64,000 bases of DNA from Candidatus Poribacteria bacterium (GTDB lineage: Bacteria > Poribacteria > WGA-4E > WGA-3G). A model generated the notes under the pieces. The model saw only the letters and a list, made by a program, of their open reading frames with translations, did no database searches and was not told where the DNA came from. Location: positions 832,001-896,000 of the forward strand of contig CAXXUA010000004.1 in the NCBI GenBank assembly GCA_963663765.2, in the 5' to 3' direction. Positions 8,125 through 19,298 of this stretch are shown here, piece after piece. The stretch's first letter is position 1; every line of letters starts with the position of its first letter. Both the position numbers and the translations under genes were made by a program.

Positions 8125-10572
8125 TTACACGAACAATTCTCTAAAAACTTCAGTCATATCTTCAACGAAATGAAAAGTTAATCCATCTTGAATATCCTCT
8201 GGAATTTCGACAAAATCCTTCTGATTACCTTGTGGGATGATGATCTTTTTAATTCCTGCCTGTTTCGCAGCAAGTATTTTTTCTTTTACACCCCCAATGG
8301 GTAAGACCCTACCCCTGAGTGTCAATTCTCCTGTCATCGCTACTTCGGGTATTATCCCTCTCTTTGTTGCAATAGAAGCGAGTGCAGCAGCAATAGTAAT
8401 TCCCGCTGAGGGACCATCCTTTGGAATAGCACCCGCCGGTACATGGATGTGGATATCGTCTTGCAGAGTACCCGTGTCAAATTCAAGTGAAGATGCTTGA
8501 GACTTGACATAGGTCAGTGCAGTCTGCGCAGATTCTTGCATCACATCTCCGACCTGTCCCGTGATAAGAAGTTCACTCTTACCACTCTGTTTTGATGTTG
8601 CAGTTGCTTCAATAAAAAGAATTTCTCCACCAGCGGGCGTAACCGACAGCCCGGTTGCAACTCCTACATCTGCTTCTCTCCCTGCAACTTCAGATTCAAA
8701 CTTGGGTGGACCGAGATACTTGGGTATCTCCTCAATGTCAATGGTAGTAGGTTCGCTATCACCTTCCGCAACACGTCGTGCTGACTTACGACATAACGTA
8801 CCAAGTTCACGTTCAAGGTTACGAACACCCGCTTCACGTGTGTAAGTTATAATGACTTTTTCGATAGCGTTATCAGAAATATCTAATTGTTCCTCTGTTA
8901 TTCCATTTGCAGTAAGTTGCCTTGGAATGAGGAACTGTTTTGCAATCTCTTTCTTTTCGTTTGAAGTATACCCAGGTAATTCCATTGTTTCCATTCGGTC
9001 ACGTAAGGGTGGCGGTATAGTGTAAATTTGATTTGCTGTGGTGATAAACATAATCTTTGACAAATCAAAGGGTACTTCCAAGTAGTTGTCTGTGAAAGCG
9101 TGATTCTGTTCAGGATCAAGTACTTCCAGTAATGCAGCTGCAGGATCACCTCTAAAATCAGAACCGAGTTTGTCAATTTCATCAAGCATAAAGACCGGAT
9201 TGTTGGATTCCGCTTGCCGCAAACCTTTAATGATTCTACCGGGCATAGAACCTATATAAGTTCGTCGATGTCCACGTATTTCAGCTTCATCGTGCATGCC
9301 ACCTAATGAAATACGTACAAATTTCCTACCGATCGCACGCGCAATTGATCTACCAAGGGATGTTTTACCGACTCCAGGAGGTCCCACGAAACAGAAAATC
9401 GGTCCCTTCATATCATCTTTTAAGATTCGCACAGCAAGATGTTCTACAATTCGCTCTTTGACTTTTATAAGATTATAATGATCTGCATCAAGTATTTCCA
9501 TCGCATCTGTTAGGTCGATCGAGTCTTCAGTATTCACTGACCATGGAAGATTCAATAACCAATCCAGATAATTTCGTGACACAGTGGATTCTGGTGAAAA
9601 TGACTGCATTTTTGATAGTCTGTTGAGTTCTTTTTTCGCAGCTTTATGTGCCTTGGATGGTAATTTCTTTTTCTTCAACTGTTCGCGCATGTCTTCTATA
9701 TCTGATGCTAAATCATCTGCTTCACCAAGTTCTGTCTGAATTGCTTTTAGTTGTTCTCGGAGGAAATACTCACGCTGTCCTTTATTGATAACAGCTTGTG
9801 CATTAGATTGAATTTTGCTTTCTAATTCATGAAGGTCCACTTCCCTTGCAAGAATAACAGTGAGTTTATTAAGCCGGTCAGGAATAGGGATTGTTTCAAG
9901 TATCTGTTGTTTTTCCTGTGGTTTCAAATCTAAGACTGCGGCAATATAATCTGCTAACCTACCGGGTTCATCAATGTTCTTTGTCATAAGTCCATGCTCT
10001 TCCTGGTACCGTGAGGAGAGTTGGACAATTCGTTGGAACATTTCGTCAGTACTACGTACAAGTGCCTCAAGTTCTAAATCCTCATCGGAAATATCCTCCT
10101 CCTCATCATCGTCATCAAGCAGTCTTACTCGAGCTTTCATAAATGGTTCGGTGTGTATTATCTCTTCTATCTCTACTCTTGCGCGACCATTTGCAAGGAA
10201 AAGCACATCCTCATCATCTTTCTTAGCACGGAGAATATGGATTAAACTACCGATTGGTCTCAATTCATCAAGTGAGATGTCCTTCACTTCGCGCGGGTCA
10301 ATATCTAAACTACGACCAGAAGTCGTTTGGAATATACAAAGCACCCGTTCCCCATTAAGCATCGCATCATCAACCGCTTCCATCACCATCTTCCCTGAAA
10401 GTGCGACATGGTGTGGAGGAAATGGTGGAACAGGCGGCATATAGGGAAAAATGACCATATCGTTCACAGGAAGAATCGGAAGTTCTAATGTTTCCATATC
10501 TTCAAGTTCTTCAGAACTATCAGATTCTTCAAGATTTTCAGATTCAGATGTGGTTTCGTTTTCATTTTCCAT
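8125..10572 (-). CDS. lon: ATP-dependent protease La
   Basis: Walker A GPPGVGKTS, RGHRRTYIG, LDEIDK and catalytic PKDGPSAG. Confidence 0.97.
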   Translation of the reverse strand: MENENETTSESENLEESDSSEELEDMETLELPILPVNDMVIFPYMPPVPPFPPHHVALSGKMVMEAVDDAMLNGERVLCIFQTTSGRSLDIDPREVKDISLDELRPIGSLIHILRAKKDDEDVLFLANGRARVEIEEIIHTEPFMKARVRLLDDDDEEEDISDEDLELEALVRSTDEMFQRIVQLSSRYQEEHGLMTKNIDEPGRLADYIAAVLDLKPQEKQQILETIPIPDRLNKLTVILAREVDLHELESKIQSNAQAVINKGQREYFLREQLKAIQTELGEADDLASDIEDMREQLKKKKLPSKAHKAAKKELNRLSKMQSFSPESTVSRNYLDWLLNLPWSVNTEDSIDLTDAMEILDADHYNLIKVKERIVEHLAVRILKDDMKGPIFCFVGPPGVGKTSLGRSIARAIGRKFVRISLGGMHDEAEIRGHRRTYIGSMPGRIIKGLRQAESNNPVFMLDEIDKLGSDFRGDPAAALLEVLDPEQNHAFTDNYLEVPFDLSKIMFITTANQIYTIPPPLRDRMETMELPGYTSNEKKEIAKQFLIPRQLTANGITEEQLDISDNAIEKVIITYTREAGVRNLERELGTLCRKSARRVAEGDSEPTTIDIEEIPKYLGPPKFESEVAGREADVGVATGLSVTPAGGEILFIEATATSKQSGKSELLITGQVGDVMQESAQTALTYVKSQASSLEFDTGTLQDDIHIHVPAGAIPKDGPSAGITIAAALASIATKRGIIPEVAMTGELTLRGRVLPIGGVKEKILAAKQAGIKKIIIPQGNQKDFVEIPEDIQDGLTFHFVEDMTEVFRELFV

Positions 10573-10705
10573 TGTTATCTCTTTTCTTTAATTGATTTTC
10601 AAATTCACCATATTTACTCAAGTAGTTTTATTTATCAGTTGTCTTATTTCTAAGAACTAACTGTTATTGCTCAAAATTGTAAACATCAATAATTTAATTA
10701 CTCTG

Positions 10706-11812
10706 TTATGGGGTTAAATTTATCCAACCTCTTTCACCCTCAATTACAACATCTGTTTTTAGTGTTGCACACCTTGTCTGATAAGCCTTTAATGTTTCTA
10801 TTGCGGTTTCTTCTATTTTTGTATCTATTGTATTTTTTTCTGGATCTTTTACTTTCAGGAGTCTCGGCTGAGGTACTGAATCTCCTAACTTATTAACTAA
10901 TATAGGGATCAATTCAATAGATTTCAGTGATCCTTTAACAAAAGTAACCTTTGGGATAATTGTGCGCGCATGTTGCAATTCATAGTCATCATAAATGAAG
11001 TCTGCTAAACTGTAAACTATTGGTTTTTCGTTGTATATTTCAATCCCACCAAGTGAATGTAATTGTTGACATAAAACTAAATCTGCACCATTATCAATGA
11101 GCGCGTGTGCAAATATACGCTGCCGATCTATGCTTGCTTGTCGAGCTTTTTCTTCTGAATTTTGCTTGCCCCAATGAAGCCAAACAACAACCAAATCTGC
11201 TGAGTCTTCTATATGTTGAACAGCATGTATCATCTGACTGTACGCTGCAGAAGCAATCGGATCAACCGAGGCAATATTAAATTCATTTCCACGCAAATAC
11301 CCCAAGAGAGCAATCTTTTTGGACTCAACCTTCAACCAAGTTGGCGCGTTTGCTAATGCAGGAGTATTTCCAGCACCGACCGGTTTTACATTATACCATT
11401 CTAAGTTGGAAATAGTATCCTCAAGTGCTTCAATACCGAAATCCATCACATAAGGAGTAGCTAATGAGACTGTATCAAAACCTGCATTTGCAAGTGCTCT
11501 TGCAAGACCGGGTGCAGCCCGAAAACGTGGATCCCTATTGGGATTAGGTTCTCCTCTATCTGAAATGCTGGTGTTCAGCGATGCCATTGCTATATCTGCA
11601 GATTGAATGATAGATTCAATTCTTTCAAAAAATATTCCTGCCCCTTGTTTTTCAATTAATGGTGTAAAATTGCTACCAATTGTAATATCACCAACTGCAA
11701 CTATTGTAATCTCATTACTCTCCTGCTGCTGGGATAAATTTGAAGCAAGCAATACTATACTACTAAGAAAAAACAGAAAGATAAATATGAGAAATGACAA
11801 TGTATTTTTCAT
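10706..11812 (-). CDS. CapA/PGA_cap-family metallophosphatase-like exported protein with degenerate motifs
   Basis: AVGDI, ADLVVVWLHWG, AHALIDNGADLV and IEIYNEKPIVYSL. Confidence 0.75.
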   Translation of the reverse strand: MKNTLSFLIFIFLFFLSSIVLLASNLSQQQESNEITIVAVGDITIGSNFTPLIEKQGAGIFFERIESIIQSADIAMASLNTSISDRGEPNPNRDPRFRAAPGLARALANAGFDTVSLATPYVMDFGIEALEDTISNLEWYNVKPVGAGNTPALANAPTWLKVESKKIALLGYLRGNEFNIASVDPIASAAYSQMIHAVQHIEDSADLVVVWLHWGKQNSEEKARQASIDRQRIFAHALIDNGADLVLCQQLHSLGGIEIYNEKPIVYSLADFIYDDYELQHARTIIPKVTFVKGSLKSIELIPILVNKLGDSVPQPRLLKVKDPEKNTIDTKIEETAIETLKAYQTRCATLKTDVVIEGERGWINLTP

Positions 11813-12279
11813 AACTCGTTTTTTAGTTGCGTCCCGATCCTTATTAATGCATCAGCAAAAGCTTGTCTTTCTGTTTGACTTAAGCTCTCCTTAGACTCTG
11901 TCTCAGAGCGAAGTGTATCTATTTGCATTTGAAAATCGGTTGCAAACTCATTTATGAGCATAGACAGTTTTTCCAGATCGTTCTCAGTACGACTAATCAA
12001 TTCATCAATACGGTTATCAACGCGTTGTGCGATCCCTTCAGGAATACCATCATATTGTGCTTTTACATCTGAGATCTCTTTTAACAACCTTGCTTCAAGT
12101 TTAGAAATCTCGTTGTTTATGTTTTCAACATATTGTGATAATTTAGTGAGTTTCTCTTCATAAACTTTAAAATCGTCTCCAAATACATTATCTCGGAGAA
12201 ATGCTTCCAAGTTTTGCGGTTTTGTTGTCTGTAGTTCTTGTGACTCTTCGTCTACTGCAAACTGACGGGATTCATTCAT
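11809..12279 (-). CDS. Hypothetical coiled-coil protein
   Basis: 156-aa heptad-rich ORF whose stop overlaps the start of the capA-like gene. Confidence 0.7.
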   Translation of the reverse strand: MNESRQFAVDEESQELQTTKPQNLEAFLRDNVFGDDFKVYEEKLTKLSQYVENINNEISKLEARLLKEISDVKAQYDGIPEGIAQRVDNRIDELISRTENDLEKLSMLINEFATDFQMQIDTLRSETESKESLSQTERQAFADALIRIGTQLKNEL

Positions 12280-12288
12280 AATTTAACT

Positions 12289-13368
12289 CTACGGATAGTT
12301 GTATAGATTCTGTTTTGATTGACTGTCTTGTTCAATGTCTAATTGAACTATTGTTTCATCCTTATCTGCGGAGTCAGTATTCGACTGGTTGCGACTTTCG
12401 TTAAATTCGCGTAGGATACAATTTACGATTTCTTCGCTATATGCTTCTGCTGATACTTTTCCTTGATTTGCTTCCCATGCCATTCGCGCAACTGCTTCAA
12501 AATACTCTGCATGCTTGTATGCTTCTAATAGATCCTTACCTCGGGAGAAAGTCCCATGTCCAATCCAGTAAAGGATGTGACGCATTTCATTGAAACCATT
12601 TTCAAATAGTCGCAAACTCTCATACGATAACTCAGGTATTCCTGGTACACGTTCCTGTACAAACCCAATACCATCTGATGCATCATAAATGATCGGTGTT
12701 TCTGGTTCATATCCTTTAAGAAAGTTGTAAAACCTATCTGGGTGTCCATGTTGTGTCCGAGATATTAGGTTCAAAAACTTCGGCTGCAAGTGGACTAACG
12801 CTTTGAAACCGTGTGTTTCAAGTTGTTCAAAAACAAGCAAATAATGGAACATTTCACTGGTTGGCGCACTACGAATTAACCCTTTTTCCTCTCCAGACCT
12901 ACAATCTATCTCTGTTTGTGTCTGTGTCCCGAATCGCATACGGTAATGCGTCCCATCCGGTTCTACCTCAACAATAGTGACGTTGAGAGCAGGATGTTCA
13001 ATTGCAACCATGTCCAATCGTGAACCTGATTTTGTCAAAAGCACATGCCTACCAGCTAACCCTTTTACAACAAATGCCGAAGGGAGAGCATATCGCGGTG
13101 AGTCATCGTAACTTATTAGATATTTTGTATCAACAGGTTCAGAGAGTATCACCCCCATATTTCCAGCTGATGCCCATAAGTAATCGTGTGTATGTGCGTG
13201 TGCTCCCACCCATCCCATCTGACCAATATATGTACCTAATTCACTATCAGACGAAATAGGGTGAAGTGCAGGTTGAAAACCTCTGTTACACCATTGCCTA
13301 TACCGATAACTATGCACCGGCGGTGGTTGATGATGCGTCAAGTAAGGATTCGTTAAAGTCAATTTCAC
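12289..13368 (-). CDS. Class II aldolase/adducin-family protein (RhaD-like)
   Basis: SAGN, TKSGS, PTSE, LVHLQP and WIGHGTFSRG motifs. The start is uncertain. Confidence 0.65.
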   Translation of the reverse strand: MKLTLTNPYLTHHQPPPVHSYRYRQWCNRGFQPALHPISSDSELGTYIGQMGWVGAHAHTHDYLWASAGNMGVILSEPVDTKYLISYDDSPRYALPSAFVVKGLAGRHVLLTKSGSRLDMVAIEHPALNVTIVEVEPDGTHYRMRFGTQTQTEIDCRSGEEKGLIRSAPTSEMFHYLLVFEQLETHGFKALVHLQPKFLNLISRTQHGHPDRFYNFLKGYEPETPIIYDASDGIGFVQERVPGIPELSYESLRLFENGFNEMRHILYWIGHGTFSRGKDLLEAYKHAEYFEAVARMAWEANQGKVSAEAYSEEIVNCILREFNESRNQSNTDSADKDETIVQLDIEQDSQSKQNLYNYP

Positions 13369-13483
13369 TTGGACTATACTTTGCTAAAAGTTAGAAGTTG
13401 CGAACATTTTGATTATTAAAATATACCATGTTTAAGTTGGTAGCGCAAGTTAAAATTCAATAATCGGAGTTATAGAATTGTTG

Positions 13484-15076
13484 CTATTTTGATGAAGGAA
13501 GTTCTTGCAAGACAGGAATTACATAACTGCGAATCGTTAAATCTTCTATTTCTTCAGTTTCAACAAGAGGTCCCGGAGTTTTTCTATGATCAAACACCAC
13601 ATAATAACCTTCTTCAGCATTTTCGGACCTAATGTAGGAAACAAGCTGTGCTTTACCTGCTTGATACCGTGGTTCTCCACCCCATATCTTCGTTTCAACT
13701 ATGTATTTTCGCTTGTTGTGCAGAATTAGAAGATCTAATCTTCCGCGTCCTGTTTGTACTTCAAGATACATCGTACCACCGACAATCTGAACAAATTGAC
13801 TGAGATATGCAAAGAGTAGATATTGACCCACATATTCTTGAGGAGTCTCTGGAACCTGTAGAATCTTATAGCCAGCACGGGCAATAAAATCACGAAAGTT
13901 GTCGAGAAGTGCTTCCATCTGTATATGTCCTTCCGTATTCAGATAATCCTCAAATTCTATACGACCTTCTTCTGGTAAGTACTCCTGTTCCAATCCATTT
14001 ACAATCGGTTTAAATGCTTGTAATGTATGATAGTGGTAAATAGGGTTTATTATTTCACATAAGCCATCTAATCCTTCACCAATTACACCATAAGTTGTGA
14101 GTTCACTGATAAGTTCATTCTGTAGTGAAAACGTTGTCCCTTGATCGTAAGAAGTAATCTTCATAAGCAGTGTTTCAAACCGACGATCTCTACGAATATT
14201 TGTAATCAAATGATCAATATTCGTGTTGCGTTCACGAAGCAGTTTCAGATGTGCTGTTGAAAAGTGATCTATAGTAATAGGATCGCTTTTTGGAATATCC
14301 ATTTCCTCCGTGAGAATCTGTCCAAATCTATTGACAAGAAAAGGTTGTCCAGCAGTCTGTTTGTATATAGACTCAATTACTTTAGGGTCAAGTGTTTGTC
14401 CAACTTCGTGGGTATATTGAAAAAATAGTTCTTGAACCTGTTCAAGTGAAAAATTAGGTAATTTGAATTCGTCTTGAATATTAAATGGTGAGATTGACCT
14501 ATCATAGTTGAGTTGCGTAATATTTTTGACACCGACAATACCAACACTATATGGACACCGTTCCTTACCAGTCAAGTATATATTGCGAAGCGTATGTAGG
14601 AAACCTCGTAAAGCAGTTGGTGGAATAGCATCAAATTCGTCAATAATCATGACGAACCGCTGCTTATCCAACAGACTCCCAAGCTGATTAAAAAACCTTC
14701 TCATTGAAGTATGGTCAATCATCTTTGCATTATTCAAAAAATTGGTTATATCATTAGAAGGTTTACTACCTCGTTTTTCAAATACTTCTTCAATTTTAGT
14801 GCAAAGATCAAAGCAAAGGTATTCATAAAATGCAGATAAGGAAATATCTACATAAGATTCAAAATTGAACTGTATTGGAAAATATCCATTCTCCTTGCTT
14901 TCCAACATATCAAGCGCGTTTCTGAAAAGCGTGGTTTTCCCTGTCTGCCGTGGGGCAAAAAGGACAATGTATCTCCCTTTTTCTACCCGACTAACATAAT
15001 CTGCAACTTCTTCTTTGCGCGCAACGATATAATTATCTTCAGGATACACGGGGCCGCGGGTCTCAAAACAACGCAT
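13484..15076 (-). CDS. AAA-like ATPase with a C-terminal PD-(D/E)XK nuclease-like domain
   Basis: Walker A APRQTGKTT, Walker B MIIDEFD, SPFNI, TAGQPFLVN and C-terminal GRLDLLI...IVETK. Confidence 0.8.
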   Translation of the reverse strand: MRCFETRGPVYPEDNYIVARKEEVADYVSRVEKGRYIVLFAPRQTGKTTLFRNALDMLESKENGYFPIQFNFESYVDISLSAFYEYLCFDLCTKIEEVFEKRGSKPSNDITNFLNNAKMIDHTSMRRFFNQLGSLLDKQRFVMIIDEFDAIPPTALRGFLHTLRNIYLTGKERCPYSVGIVGVKNITQLNYDRSISPFNIQDEFKLPNFSLEQVQELFFQYTHEVGQTLDPKVIESIYKQTAGQPFLVNRFGQILTEEMDIPKSDPITIDHFSTAHLKLLRERNTNIDHLITNIRRDRRFETLLMKITSYDQGTTFSLQNELISELTTYGVIGEGLDGLCEIINPIYHYHTLQAFKPIVNGLEQEYLPEEGRIEFEDYLNTEGHIQMEALLDNFRDFIARAGYKILQVPETPQEYVGQYLLFAYLSQFVQIVGGTMYLEVQTGRGRLDLLILHNKRKYIVETKIWGGEPRYQAGKAQLVSYIRSENAEEGYYVVFDHRKTPGPLVETEEIEDLTIRSYVIPVLQELPSSK

Positions 15077-15149
15077 AATACTTATCTCCTATAGATGCAA
15101 GAGTATTATATCATATATACAACTGGAAATCTAATTGAATAGGATTTTT

Positions 15150-15632
15150 GGGTGTGTTAAGTTTTTGTAGAAACCCTGATATTATAGTGGATTTTAGAAT
15201 TATTTTTACACTTTCAGGTGTAGGAGGGAACTCCGATTCCCGACTATCAAAGCGTTCAGTCGCTATTCGGACTTCAGTCCCGTAGGGACGATATGTTTAT
15301 AGAAAAACGCCATAGTACATCCTCTTTAGTCCCGTAGGGACGATATGTTTATAGAAAACCGCCATAGTACATCCTCTTTAGTCCCGTAGGGACGATATGT
15401 GTGCATTATAAACCTAATATATGTAATAACTTTGAAAACAATGGGTTAACTGGCACAAGGCGTTAATTGTATTTTTCACTATAAAAGAAGTATCTAAAGT
15501 TTCTATCAAAGCTTGCTTGACGTTAGGGAACTGTGTACATCGTATGGGGCGAGGTTTCCTCTCCTGCGTAAAACCTCTATTCGGGCGAGGAGACCCCGCC
15601 CCTACGCACAGCAACAAAAACTTTACACACCC
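15150..15632. mobile_element. MITE with ISKra4-like ends carrying nested family F and G elements and a REP pair
   Basis: GGGTGTGTTAAGTTTTTG...CAAAAACTTTACACACCC. Family F copy at 15183-15483, family G fragment at about 15272-15462, REP pair at 15542-15606. Confidence 0.7.
15276..15399 (+). repeat. 52-bp tandem repeat of the AGTCCCGTAGGGACGATATG REP-like unit (2 full copies and 1 partial)
   Basis: Direct inspection. Confidence 0.85.
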
Positions 15633-15751
15633 AGGATTATTTTGTCTTACCCAATTTACATGTGATCTGAGAAAATCGCGACCGAGAGATCGTACCTAAT
15701 GCGGGGTTTCGTCTTGAAAAATCTGATCATTAGGATAACTAAATAATCCTG
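15632..15751. mobile_element. Small MITE with CAGGATTATTT ends and a decayed family-A-type REP
   Basis: CAGGATTATTTTGT...ACTAAATAATCCTG. The internal TCGCGACCGAGAGATCGTACCTA-GCGGGGTTTC resembles the end of the 1-383 array. Confidence 0.55.
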
Positions 15752-15784
15752 CAAATTGAATAGTAGGATATAGATAAGTAGAAA

Positions 15785-16324
15785 TCAAACTTTATTACTT
15801 TTACTGTTGATGTCATTTTCATACTTTTCTACTGATTTATCATCAACAAGAAGTTGGAACAAAGTTTGAATAGCTTCATTGAAAATAGGATGTACGACAT
15901 CAGGTGCAATTTCGGCGAAAGGGACAAGCACGAAACGACGAAGATGCATTTCTGGATGAGGGATAACAAGTTCGGGTGTATTGATACATAGATTGCCGTA
16001 GATTAGAATATCAAGATCAATCTCACGCGGTCCCCAACGTTTTCTATGTTGTCTCCCAACAGAGTTTTCAATATCTTTTATAATTTGGAGTAAGGAATGA
16101 GGGTTGTGGTCTGTTTTTATTGCAGCAACACCGTTTAGAAACTTGTCTTGTGCTACGTATCCAACAGGTTCTGTTTCATATAGAGAGGAAATCTCTTGCA
16201 AAGAAATACCATCCAATTCCGATAAGGAACAGATAGCATTTTGTATATGTATTAGTCGATCACCGATGTTGCTGCCGAAGCCGAGATATGCTAAATGCAA
16301 AGGATTATCGTCCGATGAGAACAA
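15785..16324 (-). CDS. folK: 2-amino-4-hydroxy-6-hydroxymethyldihydropteridine pyrophosphokinase
   Basis: [30 protein letters not shown] and [12 protein letters not shown]. Confidence 0.95.
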   Translation of the reverse strand: MFSSDDNPLHLAYLGFGSNIGDRLIHIQNAICSLSELDGISLQEISSLYETEPVGYVAQDKFLNGVAAIKTDHNPHSLLQIIKDIENSVGRQHRKRWGPREIDLDILIYGNLCINTPELVIPHPEMHLRRFVLVPFAEIAPDVVHPIFNEAIQTLFQLLVDDKSVEKYENDINSKSNKV

Positions 16325-16338
16325 GACTGAGACATTTA

Positions 16339-17577
16339 TTACCCCGTATATTTGCGGATAGCAATAGACGTATTATGACCACCAAATCCGAATGCGTTGG
16401 ATAGTGCAACCTCAAATTTTGCTTCTCGACTCTCGTTCGGAATATAATCCAAATCACATTCTTCATCCGGTACTTCATAGTTGATCGTCGGTGGAAGAAA
16501 ACCTTTCTCCATACCGCCAATACACCCAATAAGTTCTACTGCCCCCGCTGCGCCGAGCAAGTGTCCGACCATTGATTTTGTTGAGCTTACAGGAATTTGA
16601 TAGGCACGTTCACCGAAAAGCGATTTTATAGCGTTAGTTTCAGCGACATCCCCGTGCGGTGTTGAAGTTCCGTGCGTATTGATATATTCAATAGAGTCTA
16701 CACTGAGTTTTGCATCATTTAGTGCAAATTCCATTGCTTTTGCAGCACCTTCGCCATTACTTGGCGGAGCAACCATATCGTGAGCATCAGATGTCATTCC
16801 AAAACCGCAAACTTCTGCATAGATATAAGCGCCACGTTGTTGGGCATGTGACAAAGATTCAAGAATTAATATTCCTGCACCTTCTCCCATAACAAACCCA
16901 TCGCGATCTTTATTGAATGGACGGGAAGCACGTTCAGGTTCATGGTTGCGTTCTGACATCGCACGCATAGAGCAGAACCCGCCAAACGCCAGAGGTGTAA
17001 TTGCAGATTCTGTACCACCAGTAAACATCACATCCACATAACCATGTTGAATTAAACGCAATGATTCACCCATAGAGTGGTTAGATGTAGCGCACGCAGT
17101 GACGGAGGCAGAATTAGGTCCTTTCAAGTTAAAATGAATTGAGACTTGTCCAGATGCCATGTTTATTATCATAAACGGCACGAGGAATGGACTGACGCGT
17201 TTGGGACCTTTTTCAATTAAGACGGCAGCATTATCCTCAAGCACTCCAATACCACCGACACCAGAACCGATTTGGACACCTGCACGGTAGGGATCAACTT
17301 TAGACAAGTCCAAACCTGAATCTTCATGTGCCATCATAGAGGCAGCAAGTGCATATTGAATAAAAAGTGGAAAACGGGATACAGTCTTCTTATCCAGATA
17401 TTTTTCCGCTTCAAAGTTCTTCACTTCAGCAGCAATCTGAGTCCGAAATTCGCTTGCATCAAAGGAGGACAAAAGTCCGATTCCGTTTTTACCGACAGCA
17501 AGCGCATCCCAATATTCTTCTTTCGTGTTGCCAATAGCATTGATAACACCGATTCCTGTAATAACTACACGCTCCAC
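16339..17577 (-). CDS. fabF: Beta-ketoacyl-ACP synthase II
   Basis: [18 protein letters not shown] and AFGFGGHN. Confidence 0.96.
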   Translation of the reverse strand: MERVVITGIGVINAIGNTKEEYWDALAVGKNGIGLLSSFDASEFRTQIAAEVKNFEAEKYLDKKTVSRFPLFIQYALAASMMAHEDSGLDLSKVDPYRAGVQIGSGVGGIGVLEDNAAVLIEKGPKRVSPFLVPFMIINMASGQVSIHFNLKGPNSASVTACATSNHSMGESLRLIQHGYVDVMFTGGTESAITPLAFGGFCSMRAMSERNHEPERASRPFNKDRDGFVMGEGAGILILESLSHAQQRGAYIYAEVCGFGMTSDAHDMVAPPSNGEGAAKAMEFALNDAKLSVDSIEYINTHGTSTPHGDVAETNAIKSLFGERAYQIPVSSTKSMVGHLLGAAGAVELIGCIGGMEKGFLPPTINYEVPDEECDLDYIPNESREAKFEVALSNAFGFGGHNTSIAIRKYTG

Positions 17578-17659
17578 GAGACCGATCCTTTTTTAGTAAA
17601 TGCTGAAGGTTGTAGGTTGCGATTACTCACCCTCAGCATATTTTCAAAATAATATAACA

Positions 17660-17893
17660 CTACACATGCTCATCAAGATAATCAAGCGCATCTTGAACAG
17701 TCTGAATCTTTTCTGCGTCACTGTCAGGGATTTCAAGATCAAATTCCTCTTCAAGTGCCATTACCAATTCAACGGTATCAAGTGAGTCCGCTCCGAGATC
17801 CTCCATAAATGAAGAATCGGGGGTTACGTTTTTTGCATCTACACCAAGTTGGTGTGCAATGATCTCTATAAGACGTTCTTCGTGTGTTGCCAT
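17660..17893 (-). CDS. acpP: Acyl carrier protein (start MATHEERL)
   Basis: [20 protein letters not shown], with an AAGGAG RBS before the ATG at 17893. Confidence 0.96.
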   Translation of the reverse strand: MATHEERLIEIIAHQLGVDAKNVTPDSSFMEDLGADSLDTVELVMALEEEFDLEIPDSDAEKIQTVQDALDYLDEHV

Positions 17894-17987
17894 TTTGTTG
17901 TTATCTCCTTTCAAAAAACATATATTGAAATATGTGTATCGTTTGGTCAAAATATTTGGTTGAATGAATTCACAAGCGTATTATCAA

Positions 17988-18108
17988 CAGGACTTACGCA
18001 CCCAACGGTAGGTGCGCTCTGTCAGCGCGCTGGAAACCGAAAAAATGCTGAAAATTACACCATTTTCGTCATAATTCTTCATCAAATCATGAAACTGCGT
18101 AAGTCCTG
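17988..18108. mobile_element. MITE family D copy 1 with a GTAG REP-like hairpin
   Basis: Perfect TIR CAGGACTTACGCA/TGCGTAAGTCCTG flanked by the 5-bp direct repeat ATCAA. Confidence 0.85.
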
Positions 18109-18217
18109 ATCAATATACTTATGGAAAATGTAGAGTGCAATCGCAATAATTGTGGTTTATGTTATATCACAAAATACGCGAAAAATCAAATACCAAAATA
18201 AATATTATCAAATGATA

Positions 18218-19279
18218 TTAATAAATTTCCGTGACGATCAACTCTCCTGAAAGAATTCTTGCTCTTGCATCTGATACCTGTGTTTTCACCGTTTCTGGAA
18301 CTATATCAATCAATGCAGAGTTATATACCATATCAATTGCTCCATCCGCTGACATAGTATAGGTATATATTTCAGGCATAATCGTTCCATCTTTTACAAG
18401 TGTAGCAATTTCGACAAATGGACGCGGTGTAATTATAGCGTTAGCAATCACTGTTGTTGGAGAGACTTCACTTTGGTCTCGGTTTGCACCAAATGTGTAA
18501 ACGATGTTTCCAGTAGTGTGAGCTTCTTCCGCTGCTATAAAAACACCTCTACTGGCTACATCAGCATTAGGAAAGATAAAATCTACTCCCTTTTCAATCT
18601 GTGCAATCGCGAGTTCTTTTCCTTTAGCAGCGTCCTCCCAATTACCTACATAGTCGCGATATACCTCCGCATCCACGTTAACACTTTTTGCGCCGGACTC
18701 AAATGCATCAAAGCCGCTAATGACTGATGGAAAATCCTGACCACCAATAACACCTATTTTTTCTGTTTTTGTCATCATCCCAGCAATAATACCTAACAGA
18801 TACATTGCTGGTTCAACCTGAAAGTTCATTGATGCAATGTTATCAGCAACAACATCTCCTGATGAAATTACAAACATAGTGTCTGGAAAATCAGGAGCAA
18901 CTTTTTTTGCTGGTTGTCCATATTCATACCCATGTGCAAATATGAGGTTTTGTCCCTCTGATGCCAACCTACGTAAGTCTGCTTCATGTTCTGCAGGTAT
19001 GTGGCTATCAACCGGTGTGATTATTGCATCAAGTTCTTCTTCAATTGCTAACAGTGCATCATAGGCTAAAGCGTTCCAACCCTTGTCGTCAATAGAAGCT
19101 GGCAAAAGCATTGCAACCTTAAATTCTGATGCTTCATGAGTTGTAATATCAATCTTTTCACAACCTACGAGTGTGACACTAATTGCCAATAGGTATAAGT
19201 ATAACACATATATTGTCTTACTGTGTTTAACAATGTTAGCAATCTGTGGAATCATAATGTTCTCTAAGAATCTATTCAC
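18218..19279 (-). CDS. BMP-family ABC substrate-binding lipoprotein
   Basis: Lipobox-like LVGC, DDKGWNALAY, TKTEKIGVIGG and GNWEDAAKGKE. The true start is probably downstream. Confidence 0.85.
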   Translation of the reverse strand: MNRFLENIMIPQIANIVKHSKTIYVLYLYLLAISVTLVGCEKIDITTHEASEFKVAMLLPASIDDKGWNALAYDALLAIEEELDAIITPVDSHIPAEHEADLRRLASEGQNLIFAHGYEYGQPAKKVAPDFPDTMFVISSGDVVADNIASMNFQVEPAMYLLGIIAGMMTKTEKIGVIGGQDFPSVISGFDAFESGAKSVNVDAEVYRDYVGNWEDAAKGKELAIAQIEKGVDFIFPNADVASRGVFIAAEEAHTTGNIVYTFGANRDQSEVSPTTVIANAIITPRPFVEIATLVKDGTIMPEIYTYTMSADGAIDMVYNSALIDIVPETVKTQVSDARARILSGELIVTEIY

Positions 19280-19298
19280 TGTCAGTTTGCAGATGCTG

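Noticed and set aside
9974-10444. Antisense ORFs over lon and other long genes (e.g. 40357..40953, 52653..53096)
   Set aside because: They are shadow frames of well-supported genes on the opposite strand, with no motifs of their own.
15141-15641. 9-bp target duplication (AGGATTTTT/AGGATTATT) around the GGGTGTG-ended MITE
   Set aside because: It is imperfect, and the right copy is also the TIR of the adjacent CAGGATTATT element, so it is ambiguous.
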